DNA of 64,000 bases from Candidatus Kaiserbacteria bacterium (GTDB lineage Bacteria; Patescibacteriota; Minisyncoccia; Phycocordibacterales; UBA2100). The position numbers and the translations under genes are program-made. The notes beneath the pieces were generated by a model that saw only the letters and a list, made by a program, of their open reading frames with translations, was not told where the DNA came from and did no database searches. Location of the stretch: positions 31,954-95,953 of the forward strand of contig JAHFMV010000001.1 of assembly GCA_023267655.1 (NCBI GenBank), written 5' to 3'. Shown here piece by piece: positions 8,501 to 17,642 of the stretch (its first letter is position 1; every line of letters starts with the position of its first letter).

Positions 8501-11417
8501 TGCCGTTTTGGAGCGTGAGCACCAGGCCGTCAGTGGAAGAGGCAAGCGTGGTGAGCGAGCTTGCGGAGTTCGCGTAGAGAAGATCACCGGAGGTGAACGA
8601 CGAGAGACCGGTGCCACCCTTGTTTGCGGCGATCGTCGTCGCGTTCCACGTGCCTGTCCCGATCGTTCCGAGCGTCGTGACGTTCGTTGACCCTGCCCAC
8701 GTCGAGAGCGCGGTGTTCTCGACGTTGTTGAGGGCGAGCGTTGACTTGAGATTTGCGGTTGAGGTGCCGGCGAGCGTACCGGTGCCGGATGCAAAGAGGA
8801 CATCACCAAGCGTGTAAGAGGTGAGGCCCGTGCCACCGGAGGCGACACCGAGCGTGCCGCTGATGTTCGCGAGCGTCGTGGTGGATACCCATGTTGGTGT
8901 TCCAGAGACGAGCCCAAGGACTTGGCCGTTGGTACCGGCTGATGTTGTCGCGACAGGGCCGGTACCGTTGCCGAGGACGACTGCACCGCTTGCGACGTTC
9001 GCCCAGCCGGTGCCGCCGTTTGATACGCCGAGGATGCCGGTGACATTCGACGCGAGATCGACGAGTGCGGTGGTGATCGATCCCGCAGTTGCTTTGAGAA
9101 ACCCGGAGAGTGCACCGATTGAGAGGTTGCCGAAGAAGCCGCTCGTTGATGAGGCGTACGTTGCGGAGAGGTTGGTGGTCGAGGCGGTGCCGAGTGTAGC
9201 CTTGCCGGTCACGTCGAGCGTGCCGGCGATCGCGACATTGCCTGCCGTGTCGATCGTCGTCGATGCGGTCGCACCGAACTTCGCTTGGAGGGCGGAGAGA
9301 AGTGTTGAAGATGCTTGTTGAATATTGGTGACGTACGTCGTGGTTGTCGGCGCGAGGAAGTTGCCGGAGACTTCCCACGACTTGCCGAAAAGAGATGACA
9401 CGGCAGCGTAATCCGTGCCGGCGACGGCCGAGGTGACTTGGCCTCCCGTTGTTGTTTTCAGGAGTGAGCCACTGTTGATGCCGGAGATCCACAAGTTGGT
9501 GGAGCTCGCGGTTGTTGCCGTGATCATTGTTGTGGAGGCGAAAGGAAGCGAGCTCGCGATGCCGTCGCCGCGGATTGTGGTGGTGGCGGTGCGGCCGATA
9601 GCGACGTAGTCGAAGGCATCGAGCCGCGTTGTTGTTGCGTTCGTCGCAACGAGGGTGGTGGATGTGAGGTTAGTGATTGTCGCCGCGACGGATGAGAGTG
9701 TGTCGATGATGCCCGTTGTGAAGCGGCCGAGTGTCGCGAAAAGATTTGTCGATGTCGCATTGGTCGCTGTGGCGTTGGTGAAATCCGCGTTCACGAAGTG
9801 CGAGGTCGATGAGGCGAAGAGACCGGATTGCGCCCAGATGATGGATGAGGTCGCGGCGGCGAGTTGTCCGTAGTTCGAAAGGAACGTGAAGGGTGACGCG
9901 GAACCGACCGCAGTGTCGTCCGATCCGCAGATCACATTGCCGTTTGCATCGGTCTGCAGAAGTTGTCCCGACGACGAGCAATCGAGGCCGGAGAGTGTGA
10001 GACCGCCGGCGAGACGGATGCCGTTTGCAAATGTCGATGTTGCTGTTGTTGACGTGACATTGAGTGCGGTTGTTTGCAGACCCGCGCCGAAGGTCGAGGT
10101 TGCGCTGCCGAGAATTGTTGTCGTTGCGGTGCGGCCGACAAAGATGCCATCCAGTGATGAGAGTGCGGTGGTTGATGCGCCGCCACCCAAGAGGACGAGT
10201 GAGGTGGTTGCGCTTTGTCCTGCGACCGCATGCGTCCACGCATCGTACGATGCAAGACCGCCACCACCGCTCGTGATGCCGAGCGATGAAGTGGCAGCAA
10301 GATTATAGCCGCCGGAAGAATTTCCCAATAACAGTTGACCGTATGTCGGAGACGCTGATGTTGCGGTGCCGCCTTTCGCGATTGCGAGAACGCCGGAGAA
10401 ATCCGTTGCCGTGATTGATCCGCCGGTGATCGTTGCACCACTGATCGTGCCGCCATCGATTGTGGGGGAGTGGAGTTTAGTGTCTGTGAGTTCTTCGATG
10501 CGACCGACGCTGCCTACGGTTTGGTAGATCGTCTGGCTTTCGGAATGTGATGCCGCGGCGACGCTCGCGATTTGTGATTGGAGCGATGTTGCGAGTGCGG
10601 TCATGCGTGCATCCAGTAGAGCGGCGTTGATCCCACCTTCGGTGACGGTGCGGACGGTTTCGCGGATGCGTTCGATGACCGGATTGTTGACCACTGTTAG
10701 AGAGCGCTGCGCCTCTAACGTGGCAGGTTTGGTTGTTGGGGATGACCCTTTCTCTGAAGAGGTTGAGAGCGTTGTTGCTGGTGGTGGCGGCGCTCCGGTT
10801 GGTGGTTGCAGATGTTGTTGCGTCGAAGGTGTTGCGATTTCTGTGGGCGAACAGTTTCCGATGATCGGGCACACCGCGTTGAAAACATTTGATGCAAGCG
10901 CATCGATCCACGGAAGCGATGCGACGGCTGCGAGTTGCGATTGGATATTTTCCGGTGCGTGTGTTGCTGCGTCGACGGCTGCGGCGAATTTTTGTGGCGC
11001 GATGTTTTGAAAGGCGAGGGCGCCGGATGCCATGACCGCGAAGAGCGTAAGTGTTGCGAGAAATGCAGTGCCCGCGGCACGCACGCGTTGTGCGCGTTTG
11101 ATGTGTTGTTTGAAGCGGTCGTTGAGTTCGCGGTGTGGTGCGACGGTGATTGGAGATGTTACGGCGTGGCCGTTGGCACGCTCCTCTTTGCGGAGTTCGC
11201 GAGTTCTCTCGCGCAATGCATCTTTTCGGCGGGCTTGGTTCGCGCGCCATTCTGAAAGTGACGCAGGATTGACGTACCACTCGCGGCCTTCAAGCCTGCC
11301 GTGGACGACGCCCTTGCGACATAGGCGGCTGATGTAGTCAGCGGAAATTTCGACACCAGTTGCGGCGTCTCTCACGGAAACGAAGCGCACACCGGCCACA
11401 ATAATTTCAGATGACAT
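5538..11417 (-). CDS. Giant surface/tail-fibre-like protein: N-terminal HTH, TM helix, ATST/GGTG repeats, C1q-like domain, peptidase S74 chaperone domain
   Basis: ISADYISRLCRKG..WYV (excisionase-like HTH); GNVGIGTT repeats; FDTNNNFASNKFTPTVPGKY (C1q-like); SSDRRIKENI..GFIAQE..VDYGRITPLLAKAIQDL (S74). Confidence 0.85.
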   Translation of the reverse strand: MSSEIIVAGVRFVSVRDAATGVEISADYISRLCRKGVVHGRLEGREWYVNPASLSEWRANQARRKDALRERTRELRKEERANGHAVTSPITVAPHRELNDRFKQHIKRAQRVRAAGTAFLATLTLFAVMASGALAFQNIAPQKFAAAVDAATHAPENIQSQLAAVASLPWIDALASNVFNAVCPIIGNCSPTEIATPSTQQHLQPPTGAPPPPATTLSTSSEKGSSPTTKPATLEAQRSLTVVNNPVIERIRETVRTVTEGGINAALLDARMTALATSLQSQIASVAAASHSESQTIYQTVGSVGRIEELTDTKLHSPTIDGGTISGATITGGSITATDFSGVLAIAKGGTATSASPTYGQLLLGNSSGGYNLAATSSLGITSGGGGLASYDAWTHAVAGQSATTSLVLLGGGASTTALSSLDGIFVGRTATTTILGSATSTFGAGLQTTALNVTSTTATSTFANGIRLAGGLTLSGLDCSSSGQLLQTDANGNVICGSDDTAVGSASPFTFLSNYGQLAAATSSIIWAQSGLFASSTSHFVNADFTNATATNATSTNLFATLGRFTTGIIDTLSSVAATITNLTSTTLVATNATTTRLDAFDYVAIGRTATTTIRGDGIASSLPFASTTMITATTASSTNLWISGINSGSLLKTTTGGQVTSAVAGTDYAAVSSLFGKSWEVSGNFLAPTTTTYVTNIQQASSTLLSALQAKFGATASTTIDTAGNVAIAGTLDVTGKATLGTASTTNLSATYASSTSGFFGNLSIGALSGFLKATAGSITTALVDLASNVTGILGVSNGGTGWANVASGAVVLGNGTGPVATTSAGTNGQVLGLVSGTPTWVSTTTLANISGTLGVASGGTGLTSYTLGDVLFASGTGTLAGTSTANLKSTLALNNVENTALSTWAGSTNVTTLGTIGTGTWNATTIAANKGGTGLSSFTSGDLLYANSASSLTTLASSTDGLVLTLQNGKPSWIATSTLSTITGTLTIAKGGTGTTTAPVSQLLYGGSTAYQSVATSSLSAGTALSFSGTAGALVGGSNLTINFAAPAGTALSIPFASTTMLSATTASTTALVISNTGGTGTRCLQVGSDGTVSANASACGSGSGGDPFTHAVAGTSATTTLTLFNGGASTTMLSAYSAYFGGTATTTFTASGNALFPASGYLNFGATEGTSGYGFRDNAGMLEFKNSGGTWQGVTTATSGPSFSVNKNGTDQTVSANVDTALTWSTETFDTNNNFASNKFTPTVPGKYIITLSVRCGDFGQSVSVAYCDGSIYKNAIPVGVGRYRGSSFDATGMATAVVDMNGTTDYIEARGTTDGTIIDGTAAATYFTGALIAPVNATAGGWQNDNTQSFLADSTDLVGIGTSTPYSKLTLWGSDTSASTQSFLVANSASTTLFQVNNDGSAYSAGKFGIATTSPWAQLSVHAAAGINSFAIGSSTATYFLVNSSGNVGIGTTSPAKTLVVSSTGNTYSVINSPNASLSALSFQSDSLEAGGIYRPTSQTDQIRLYTRTGGDVMTLNAGNVGIGTTSPWALLSVNPNALGSGVPEFVIGSSTATHFVVTGGGNVGIGTTTPTGKLDVFGTIRATSQVAPTNGVGTELTWDGTSGQVRAYDRAGAVYKPLAIEGSTLSLNANSAGNVGIGATSDGSKLYLSWNASTQQAITMRSTSASYSGSSVLFLNTSGGVAGNIAQNESIVSYNTSSDRRIKENIATTTLGLDALMRLTVRDFDFITDPAHATTTGFIAQELQQVFPWAVTTNGDNGIDPLGATSTPWSVDYGRITPLLAKAIQDLNLKLEDLATTTPEIPEGTFTSRFFASLFARLTQWLADATNGIGEVFARVFRAKDALCINDTCVNEDQLKAMLSASAAGAATTGPGGSAGAPGGSSALEIHADTASTTPSTDSSPTATSTGPTTPTETGDGTAGSEEGAVENDPPVPPAANDNEPNVDVATPTAVNE

Positions 11418-11874
11418 GATTATTCGGAAAGCCTAGGTATTGCCTAGAATTTCCGTCATTGGCTCATGATAGCGTGCCACCGTCTGGCAGTGTGCGGTTA
11501 TCCACTTTCAAGTGGAGCGCGGGATGGTATCGCGCTAGCTGGTACAGCGGAGCCGGAGTCCACATCGTGCATACCGTATGCGCCGATTTTCCTCGGAAAT
11601 GAGTGTCACCACGACCATCACGCGAAGCCTTCAGTCGATGTGGCTTGTGATCTCGACCAGCGGTTCTCGAGCGGCTTCTATCGCCAGCTTATGCGCACTT
11701 TACATCCGAGATTCGTTGTTCATATATACCCGGAATAGCTAGCATTTACATGATATCTCGGTATCTCGGGTCATAGTACGGGAGGCGGCCAAATTGCGGT
11801 GCACAACGCCATAACGCAATTGAGTGCGCCAGCGCTGGAGCGACACGCGCTCGTCGATTTGGAGTTGGCGGAAG

Positions 11875-11928
11875 TTACACTGTAGAGATAAAGCAGGTGC
11901 ACGTTTTCCAGATGACGAGCGCCTTCAT
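11875..11928 (-). pseudogene. Stranded alternative 3' end of the KMO-like gene
   Basis: MKALVIWKTCTCFISTV* versus MDALVIWKTCIYLITNM; 22 bp identical (11898-11919 = 12746-12767). Confidence 0.75.
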
Positions 11929-11955
11929 GGTGCGAAATCATGGTATAATCGCGAA

Positions 11956-12243
11956 ATGCGCATTACGGAAGCACAGGCACGGCTGCTGAAAGAAGGGGTC
12001 CGCGAATACCTGCCACAGGCGAGTGTGTATCTGTTCGGGTCGCGTGCGGACGATGCGAAGCGTGGCGGCGACATTGACGTGCTTGTCGTAGGGGAGCGGC
12101 CGCTTCAACCTTTAGAGAGCAGCCGCGTCAAGGCGAGATTTTATGAACGTTTCGGAGAGCAGAAAATCGACATTGTGAGTTTCGCAGAGGGCGAACATAC
12201 CACGTTCCGCGATCTGATAGAATCCGAGGCGGTGCCTCTCTGA
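11956..12243 (+). CDS. MntA-like minimal nucleotidyltransferase antitoxin
   Basis: YLFGSRADDAKRGGDIDV; TATAAT 6 nt before ATG. Confidence 0.9.
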   Translation: MRITEAQARLLKEGVREYLPQASVYLFGSRADDAKRGGDIDVLVVGERPLQPLESSRVKARFYERFGEQKIDIVSFAEGEHTTFRDLIESEAVPL

Positions 12244-12244
12244 A

Positions 12245-12700
12245 ATGCATATGCCCGATACCGCGAACATCAAACGCGCCCTCCTCGAGAATGTTGCATC
12301 GCTGCAGCGCGCGGGGCGCGTCTTGGCGCGTTCATACGAGAAATGCCGCACCATCACAGTTCCTTTCCCAGCCGAAGACGACGAGATGCTCGAAACCATA
12401 GAAGCGTTGACTTCGCGCTTCGCGCGCGCCTCCGATATCTTGACACAGCGAGTCGGCAAATCGATCGTCGCGCTTTCTCGCGAAGATGCGCCGTCTATTA
12501 TTGATAGGATACACCTCATGGAGAAAATCGGCGCGATCGCAAGCGAAAATACGCTCATCGCGATCCGAGACGTTCGCAATGAAATCGCGCACGAATATAC
12601 CGAAGAAGGCGTACAGAAAGTATTTGAAAAATGCATGCCGCTCGTACCGCAGCTCCTCGTGATGATTGATTCGGTCGCGAAGTACGCTGAGAAACTATAA
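12245..12700 (+). CDS. HEPN-domain partner (HI0074-like) of the MNT
   Basis: EALTSRFAR...IRDVRNEIAHEY (RX4H). Confidence 0.85.
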   Translation: MHMPDTANIKRALLENVASLQRAGRVLARSYEKCRTITVPFPAEDDEMLETIEALTSRFARASDILTQRVGKSIVALSREDAPSIIDRIHLMEKIGAIASENTLIAIRDVRNEIAHEYTEEGVQKVFEKCMPLVPQLLVMIDSVAKYAEKL

Positions 12701-12707
12701 GCGAAAA

Positions 12708-14057
12708 TCAGTGCGCTTTGCGAAACATGTTTGTGATGAGGTAGATGCACGTTTTCCAGATGACGAGTGCATCCATGCCAAAGAGCCGCGCTACGTGGCG
12801 CTCTTTGCGATAGCGTTTATAGGCGACCGCGTAGGACATCGTCGTGTGGACGACGAGTGTGTAGAGGGAATGGAAATTTTCGGGAAAATATTTCTCGAGG
12901 ATCATTTCGACGTTTGAGCGAGAGACAAACAGCGGCATTTCGTAGCGGTCTTTGAGGTCGATGAAGCGCGCTTTGCATACGTCGGCGAGAACGTCGGTGT
13001 CCGGCTTACGCCGCGCTTCGAAAATTTGGAACACGGTTTCGATGTCCGGGTAATACGTGTCGAGGCATTCGGCAAAAATGCGACAGTCTTCAAATGCAGC
13101 GTTGATTCCTTGACCATAAAAAATAGTGACCGCATGCGCGGCGTCTCCGAGCAGAATGCAAAAGTCACGGTAATACCATTTCGATGTGTAGAGCGAGGTG
13201 AACGGCGTCGATGGCTGCGTAAGGAAATCGTTGACGTGGGGTGCAAGATGCGGATACAAATCGGGGAAGTGTTCGGTACAAAATCTTTCGAATGATTCTG
13301 TCGATTGGATCGATTCAAAACTGTCCGGACCGGTAAGCGGAAGCGTGATCGTACAGGTAAAAAAGTTGCCTCGGTTCGGAATGCCGAAAATTGCTGCTTT
13401 TTTCTTTGACCATAGATGGAAGGCGTTCTTTTGGAACGGAATTGATCCGTCGGTCGGTGCTGGCACGTACATGTTTTTATACCCCCAATCCATGACGTCG
13501 AGTTTCGCACGGAGGTGCCCGGCCTGTTCCATTTCTTTGCGAACCACCGAATGGATGCCGTCCGCGCCGAGGAGGAGCTCTACTTTTTTCGTGGTATGCG
13601 CTTTTGTTAGTTGGTTTTCAAATTCTATTTCACGCGTCTCGAAATCAATGTGGACGCAGCGCTCATTGTAGTGCGTGTGAATCGAAGAATATTTTTTCAT
13701 TTCTCGGACGAGCGCGCAGTTTAAGTCATTGCGATTGATCGACCACTCGGCGAGTCCTTGCTTTTCGCCATAGGCCTGATACAGAAGTCCGTTTTTCTGG
13801 TGGATGATGCGGCCGGCTTCACGCGTGCAGAGTTTTTTCACTTCGTCCCACATCTGCACTTCCTGCAGCGCACGGATGCCGCGCACGCAGAGCGACTGGT
13901 TGATTGATTTGTACGAAACCACGGGGAGGTTTTCGATGCTTTCACGAGATTCATATATTTCGACGATGAAGTTTCTTCGCGCAAGATAGATCGCAAGCAG
14001 TGAGCCGCCCATGCCAGCGCCGATTATCGTGACCTTCTTGTCAGGTGTCTTTATCAT
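12708..14057 (-). CDS. FAD-dependent monooxygenase, kynurenine 3-monooxygenase-like
   Basis: IIGAGMGG, SINQSLCVRGIRAL, GADGIHSVVR, LGDAAHA...GQGINAAFED: KMO-like motif set; substrate unproven. Confidence 0.8.
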   Translation of the reverse strand: MIKTPDKKVTIIGAGMGGSLLAIYLARRNFIVEIYESRESIENLPVVSYKSINQSLCVRGIRALQEVQMWDEVKKLCTREAGRIIHQKNGLLYQAYGEKQGLAEWSINRNDLNCALVREMKKYSSIHTHYNERCVHIDFETREIEFENQLTKAHTTKKVELLLGADGIHSVVRKEMEQAGHLRAKLDVMDWGYKNMYVPAPTDGSIPFQKNAFHLWSKKKAAIFGIPNRGNFFTCTITLPLTGPDSFESIQSTESFERFCTEHFPDLYPHLAPHVNDFLTQPSTPFTSLYTSKWYYRDFCILLGDAAHAVTIFYGQGINAAFEDCRIFAECLDTYYPDIETVFQIFEARRKPDTDVLADVCKARFIDLKDRYEMPLFVSRSNVEMILEKYFPENFHSLYTLVVHTTMSYAVAYKRYRKERHVARLFGMDALVIWKTCIYLITNMFRKAH

Positions 14058-16174
14058 GCAATGAATGCGTTTTTGAACGCTGCCGAGAATTTCTGTACAT
14101 ATACTTCAAATTCATCGCGTGTCAGGTGGAATCCTGGCATCGGCGTTCCCGTTGTAAGATTGGCGTCGACTATGTAGAGTTTGCCGTCATCCGCGTCTCG
14201 TAGGCAATCGAGCGCACCGAAATCAATACCCATTTTGTTGCAAAAGAGCAGGATTTTCTGTTGCTCGTCCTTCGCGATGTAGTCATCAAGAGGCACCATC
14301 GTCGACGTCTGCGTGTTATCAAAGCGATCGAATGCCGAGCGAATGCGGTACATCATGAACGGAATTTTTCCACCAACTACTTTCACGCGAAGATCAGCGA
14401 CACGATCTCCTTCGCGATTGTTGATGAGTTTCTGATAGATGTAGCCCGGCTGCGGTTCAAGGGGTGCTAGAACAACTTTTCCGTCGTGCTGGGCATTTTC
14501 GTCAGACTTTTGGACGCACTCACCACGGTGCGTGCGCGGATCAATTTTCATGCCGTAGCCGAAGACTTCAGAAAATACTTCCTCTACTTTTTCCTTGCTA
14601 ATGTCGCGCGCTGCGCCGTTGATAAAGCGGCCGCGTCGCGCGAGTTCTTTTTCAGTTTCGTCCTCGGTGCGGATCGTAATGTCTTTGAAGGACATCGCGA
14701 TATCGTACTGCGTGGCCAGATCGTTCGTCATCCTAAGCCCAAGCTCATGGCAGATCGTGTAGTGGACATAGTAGTACTTCGGCAGATCAGGATAAAAGAG
14801 CATGGTGCCGGTTGCGCCGTTTTTGCGCGCGCGGCGGAATCGTTTCCAGCACGTGTATTTGACCCAGAGTTCGTAGGAAATTGCAGCGTAACGCTCTTTC
14901 AGTCGCAATGGGAATCGATACAAGAAAAGTCCGACAAGCGCCGCAGCGGCATTGCCGAGGATCCATGCGATGCCAATACCGGTAAGACCTTGCCCCGTTA
15001 GAAACCTTGTTTCTAACGGGGCGGGGGAAATAAATAAGTAACTTAATCCGATTGTTGTTGTCGCAAAGACGCTATTCACAATGATAAGCGACGTGGAATC
15101 CTTCTTAACTTGGAAGTACGAATTGATGATTGATGATGCGCTGACGACGAGGCCGGCGAGGGCGACGAGTATGAGGAACGTTGTGCCGCCCGCGGCATAC
15201 TGCGCGCCGAAAATATGCAGGATGAAATCGCTCGCGAAGATAAGGACGATGATCGCCGGTGCCATGAAGAGCGTGATGATGCGGATTGCGCTCCGGATAT
15301 GTGCGTCAAACGCCATCTCGTCGTTCGAGCCTTCTGCAAACAGTGCGCGTGTCGTTGCGTACGGGATGACATACAAAAGATTCCCGATCATCATCGCGAT
15401 GTAGTAGTACGCCGCAGGTGCGGGACCGAGTTTGTGTGTGATAAGAAGCGGAAGGACGCTTGCGGGGAGCAGGTTGAGCGAGCTTGCCGCATAATTGCCG
15501 GCCGAATAGTGCCAGACTCTCGCCATGATATCGGTATGGACTTTCAAGCTTGGCCGGTAGTCGAATTTCCACACCAGAGCGGCGATGCTCAAGAGAAATC
15601 CGATTCCTTGCGCGATGCCCGCCGCCGCAAAGATACCGATCGCGCCAAAAGAAACGAAGAAAAAAGGGAACAGCAGCCGTGAAGCCGTGAACAGCGTATT
15701 GATGCCGAGGATGAATTTCGTTTGCCGGCGCGAGAGGAACACAGAATCAGTCAGTGTGTTGAGTGCGGTGAGGATGGTGAATAGGATGAAGCCCGCGATG
15801 TACAGCGTGTTCGAGCGCAGAAAAAGCAGCTTTGGGGCAAGGAAGGGAATGAATACTACAAACAGCGTCGAGAGGATTCCGGCTGCGATCGCGACGAGCA
15901 CAAGCGCTGTGTTGATGGTGTCGCTCGGGCGCGTATCGCCGGGAAGGAAGCGCACGAGCGCGGCGTTGAAACCAATCAGACTGATGATGGATATCAGCGT
16001 CATCACCGAAATGAGCGTTGTCGCAAAGCCGACATCTTCCGTCGGATACAAGTGCGCATTGATGAGCCAGAAGAAAAAGCCGAACGCCGCGAGGACCGCG
16101 GTCGCGGACATCAAATAGATTGAGTTCCGGAAAAGACTGTCTTTAAAAAATTTGTGGAATAGAGAGAGAATCAT
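14054..16174 (-). CDS. Wzx/MATE-like polysaccharide flippase fused to a C-terminal ATP-grasp-like domain
   Basis: About 12 TM helices starting DSLFRNSIYLM; soluble tail with KSDENAQHDG, IYQKLIN, DLRV, FGALDCLRD, YIVDAN. Confidence 0.75.
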   Translation of the reverse strand: MILSLFHKFFKDSLFRNSIYLMSATAVLAAFGFFFWLINAHLYPTEDVGFATTLISVMTLISIISLIGFNAALVRFLPGDTRPSDTINTALVLVAIAAGILSTLFVVFIPFLAPKLLFLRSNTLYIAGFILFTILTALNTLTDSVFLSRRQTKFILGINTLFTASRLLFPFFFVSFGAIGIFAAAGIAQGIGFLLSIAALVWKFDYRPSLKVHTDIMARVWHYSAGNYAASSLNLLPASVLPLLITHKLGPAPAAYYYIAMMIGNLLYVIPYATTRALFAEGSNDEMAFDAHIRSAIRIITLFMAPAIIVLIFASDFILHIFGAQYAAGGTTFLILVALAGLVVSASSIINSYFQVKKDSTSLIIVNSVFATTTIGLSYLFISPAPLETRFLTGQGLTGIGIAWILGNAAAALVGLFLYRFPLRLKERYAAISYELWVKYTCWKRFRRARKNGATGTMLFYPDLPKYYYVHYTICHELGLRMTNDLATQYDIAMSFKDITIRTEDETEKELARRGRFINGAARDISKEKVEEVFSEVFGYGMKIDPRTHRGECVQKSDENAQHDGKVVLAPLEPQPGYIYQKLINNREGDRVADLRVKVVGGKIPFMMYRIRSAFDRFDNTQTSTMVPLDDYIAKDEQQKILLFCNKMGIDFGALDCLRDADDGKLYIVDANLTTGTPMPGFHLTRDEFEVYVQKFSAAFKNAFIA
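14992..15022. repeat. Perfect 14-bp-stem palindrome inserted in frame in the flippase gene
   Basis: GCCCCGTTAGAAAC-CTT-GTTTCTAACGGGGC, encoding APLETRFLTG between TM helices. Confidence 0.8.
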
Positions 16175-16213
16175 GAAGGAAGAGCCTCAAAATGTTAGAC
16201 TGTGCTCTTCCCT

Positions 16214-17473
16214 ATGGAGCCACGAAATCGTACACTTTTTCGAGAGCGGAGTCAAAAAACGCGGCTCCAGAGGTTCGGAATGCCGCTCATTGCTGGCGGT
16301 ATCGTGGTTCTTGTCGGGGTTGCGGGGTTTTTCGCCCCGTCTTCGCCTATCGAGCCGATCGAACCTGTGGCAACGACAACGCCCGTCATCCTGCCAGCAA
16401 GCACGAGCTCGCCGGCCGTACCTATGCCGGAGCCATTGATGCCATCGCATATTCCTGTGGCAACCCCGTCCGAATCGGGAAGCGTCGGTCTTTCGGTCGC
16501 GGAGACACTGACGGGATTAAGCGCGAGCGAACTTTCAAAACAGCTCGACGATATGCAGGCGCTACACACCACGTGGATTCGACTCGATTTCGATTGGGCG
16601 GTCATTCAGCGCGGTGGACCCGACTTCTATGATTGGTCGCGAGTTGATCGGGTTGTCGCGGCGACGAATAAGCGCGGATTCAAGTTGCTCCCGATCCTTG
16701 CATATACACCACGCTGGGCACGTAGCGAGGATTGTTCCGTCCGCTGCCCACCGACAGATCCGGCTACATTTGCGCATTTTGCCGCGGTCGCGGCGGAGCG
16801 GTATGCGCCACAGGGAGTTCACACGTGGGAAATTTGGAACGAGCCGAATGTCGCGTCATTCTGGCGACCGGGCGCAGATCCAGTGCAATATGCGGCGCTT
16901 CTGAAAGCCACGTATTTAAATATTAAAAATGTCGATCCGACGGCTGAAATTATTTCCGGCGGGCTTGCCGCAACTGATTCGCGCGGCGGCAATATGCCGG
17001 CGCGCGATTTTCTCTCCGGTATCTATGCCGCAGGAGCCGGGCCGTATTTTACGGCTGTCGGGATGCATCCGTATTCGTTTCCCGTGACCGCCTCGTACAA
17101 TGCTTCGTGGAATGCGTGGCAACAGATGGCGAACACGAACCCGAGTCTGCGCGATATCATGATCGCGAACGGCGATCGTGATAAGAAGATTTGGATTACG
17201 GAATACGGCGCGCCGACCGGTGGACCGGGGGAAGCGTCGGCGGCGTACGACCCGCACCAAAGTTCCGACCACGTGACGGAAGGGCGGCAGAAAGAAATGC
17301 TTGTTGATGCCATTGCAGATGCGGCGAAACACGATTGGCTCGGCCCCTTTTTCTGGTATTCCTACAAAGACATTGGCACGTCGCAAAGTTCAACCGAAAA
17401 TTTCTACGGCATCATTCGTGCCGACGGCTCGCACAAACCAGCGTACGATGCGCTGCACGAATTGTTAAAATAA
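16214..17473 (+). CDS. Membrane-anchored glycoside hydrolase (clan GH-A, GH5/GH39-like)
   Basis: WIRLDFDW, WEIWNEPN (acid/base), HPY, IWITEYG (nucleophile); N-terminal TM helix and Pro/Thr linker. Confidence 0.85.
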   Translation: MEPRNRTLFRERSQKTRLQRFGMPLIAGGIVVLVGVAGFFAPSSPIEPIEPVATTTPVILPASTSSPAVPMPEPLMPSHIPVATPSESGSVGLSVAETLTGLSASELSKQLDDMQALHTTWIRLDFDWAVIQRGGPDFYDWSRVDRVVAATNKRGFKLLPILAYTPRWARSEDCSVRCPPTDPATFAHFAAVAAERYAPQGVHTWEIWNEPNVASFWRPGADPVQYAALLKATYLNIKNVDPTAEIISGGLAATDSRGGNMPARDFLSGIYAAGAGPYFTAVGMHPYSFPVTASYNASWNAWQQMANTNPSLRDIMIANGDRDKKIWITEYGAPTGGPGEASAAYDPHQSSDHVTEGRQKEMLVDAIADAAKHDWLGPFFWYSYKDIGTSQSSTENFYGIIRADGSHKPAYDALHELLK

Positions 17474-17475
17474 TC

Positions 17476-17620
17476 CGCTCGCGGCGTCACGATTTCCAAA
17501 AACCGACGCCGCCGGAAAACCTCCTCTCGGTTGCGCTCCGGGCCGCTAGGCCAAGTCTTACAACCTCGCTGAGCTTTTCCGGCGTCGTTTTCGGTTTTTG
17601 AAAATCCGTCGCCGTCTCGC
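17476..17620. repeat. Structured intergenic element, copy 1
   Basis: Long imperfect hairpin bounded by CGCTCGCGGC...GCCGTCTCGC; homologous to 40844-40970. Confidence 0.7.
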
Positions 17621-17642
17621 TGCAATTGGTAGAGAAATTTAT

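Noticed and set aside
5538-11417. Prophage inferred from the tail-fibre/S74 domain
   Set aside because: No terminase, capsid, portal or integrase; the protein has a TM anchor and chromosomal context
11466-11820. ORF 11466-11738 or an ncRNA in the intergenic gap
   Set aside because: No recognisable protein motif, start signal or convincing structure
16240-16280. Another PLExRFLT palindromic element (antisense ORF reads PLEPRFLTP)
   Set aside because: The DNA is not palindromic and lacks CCCCGT/ACGGGG ends; coincidental translation
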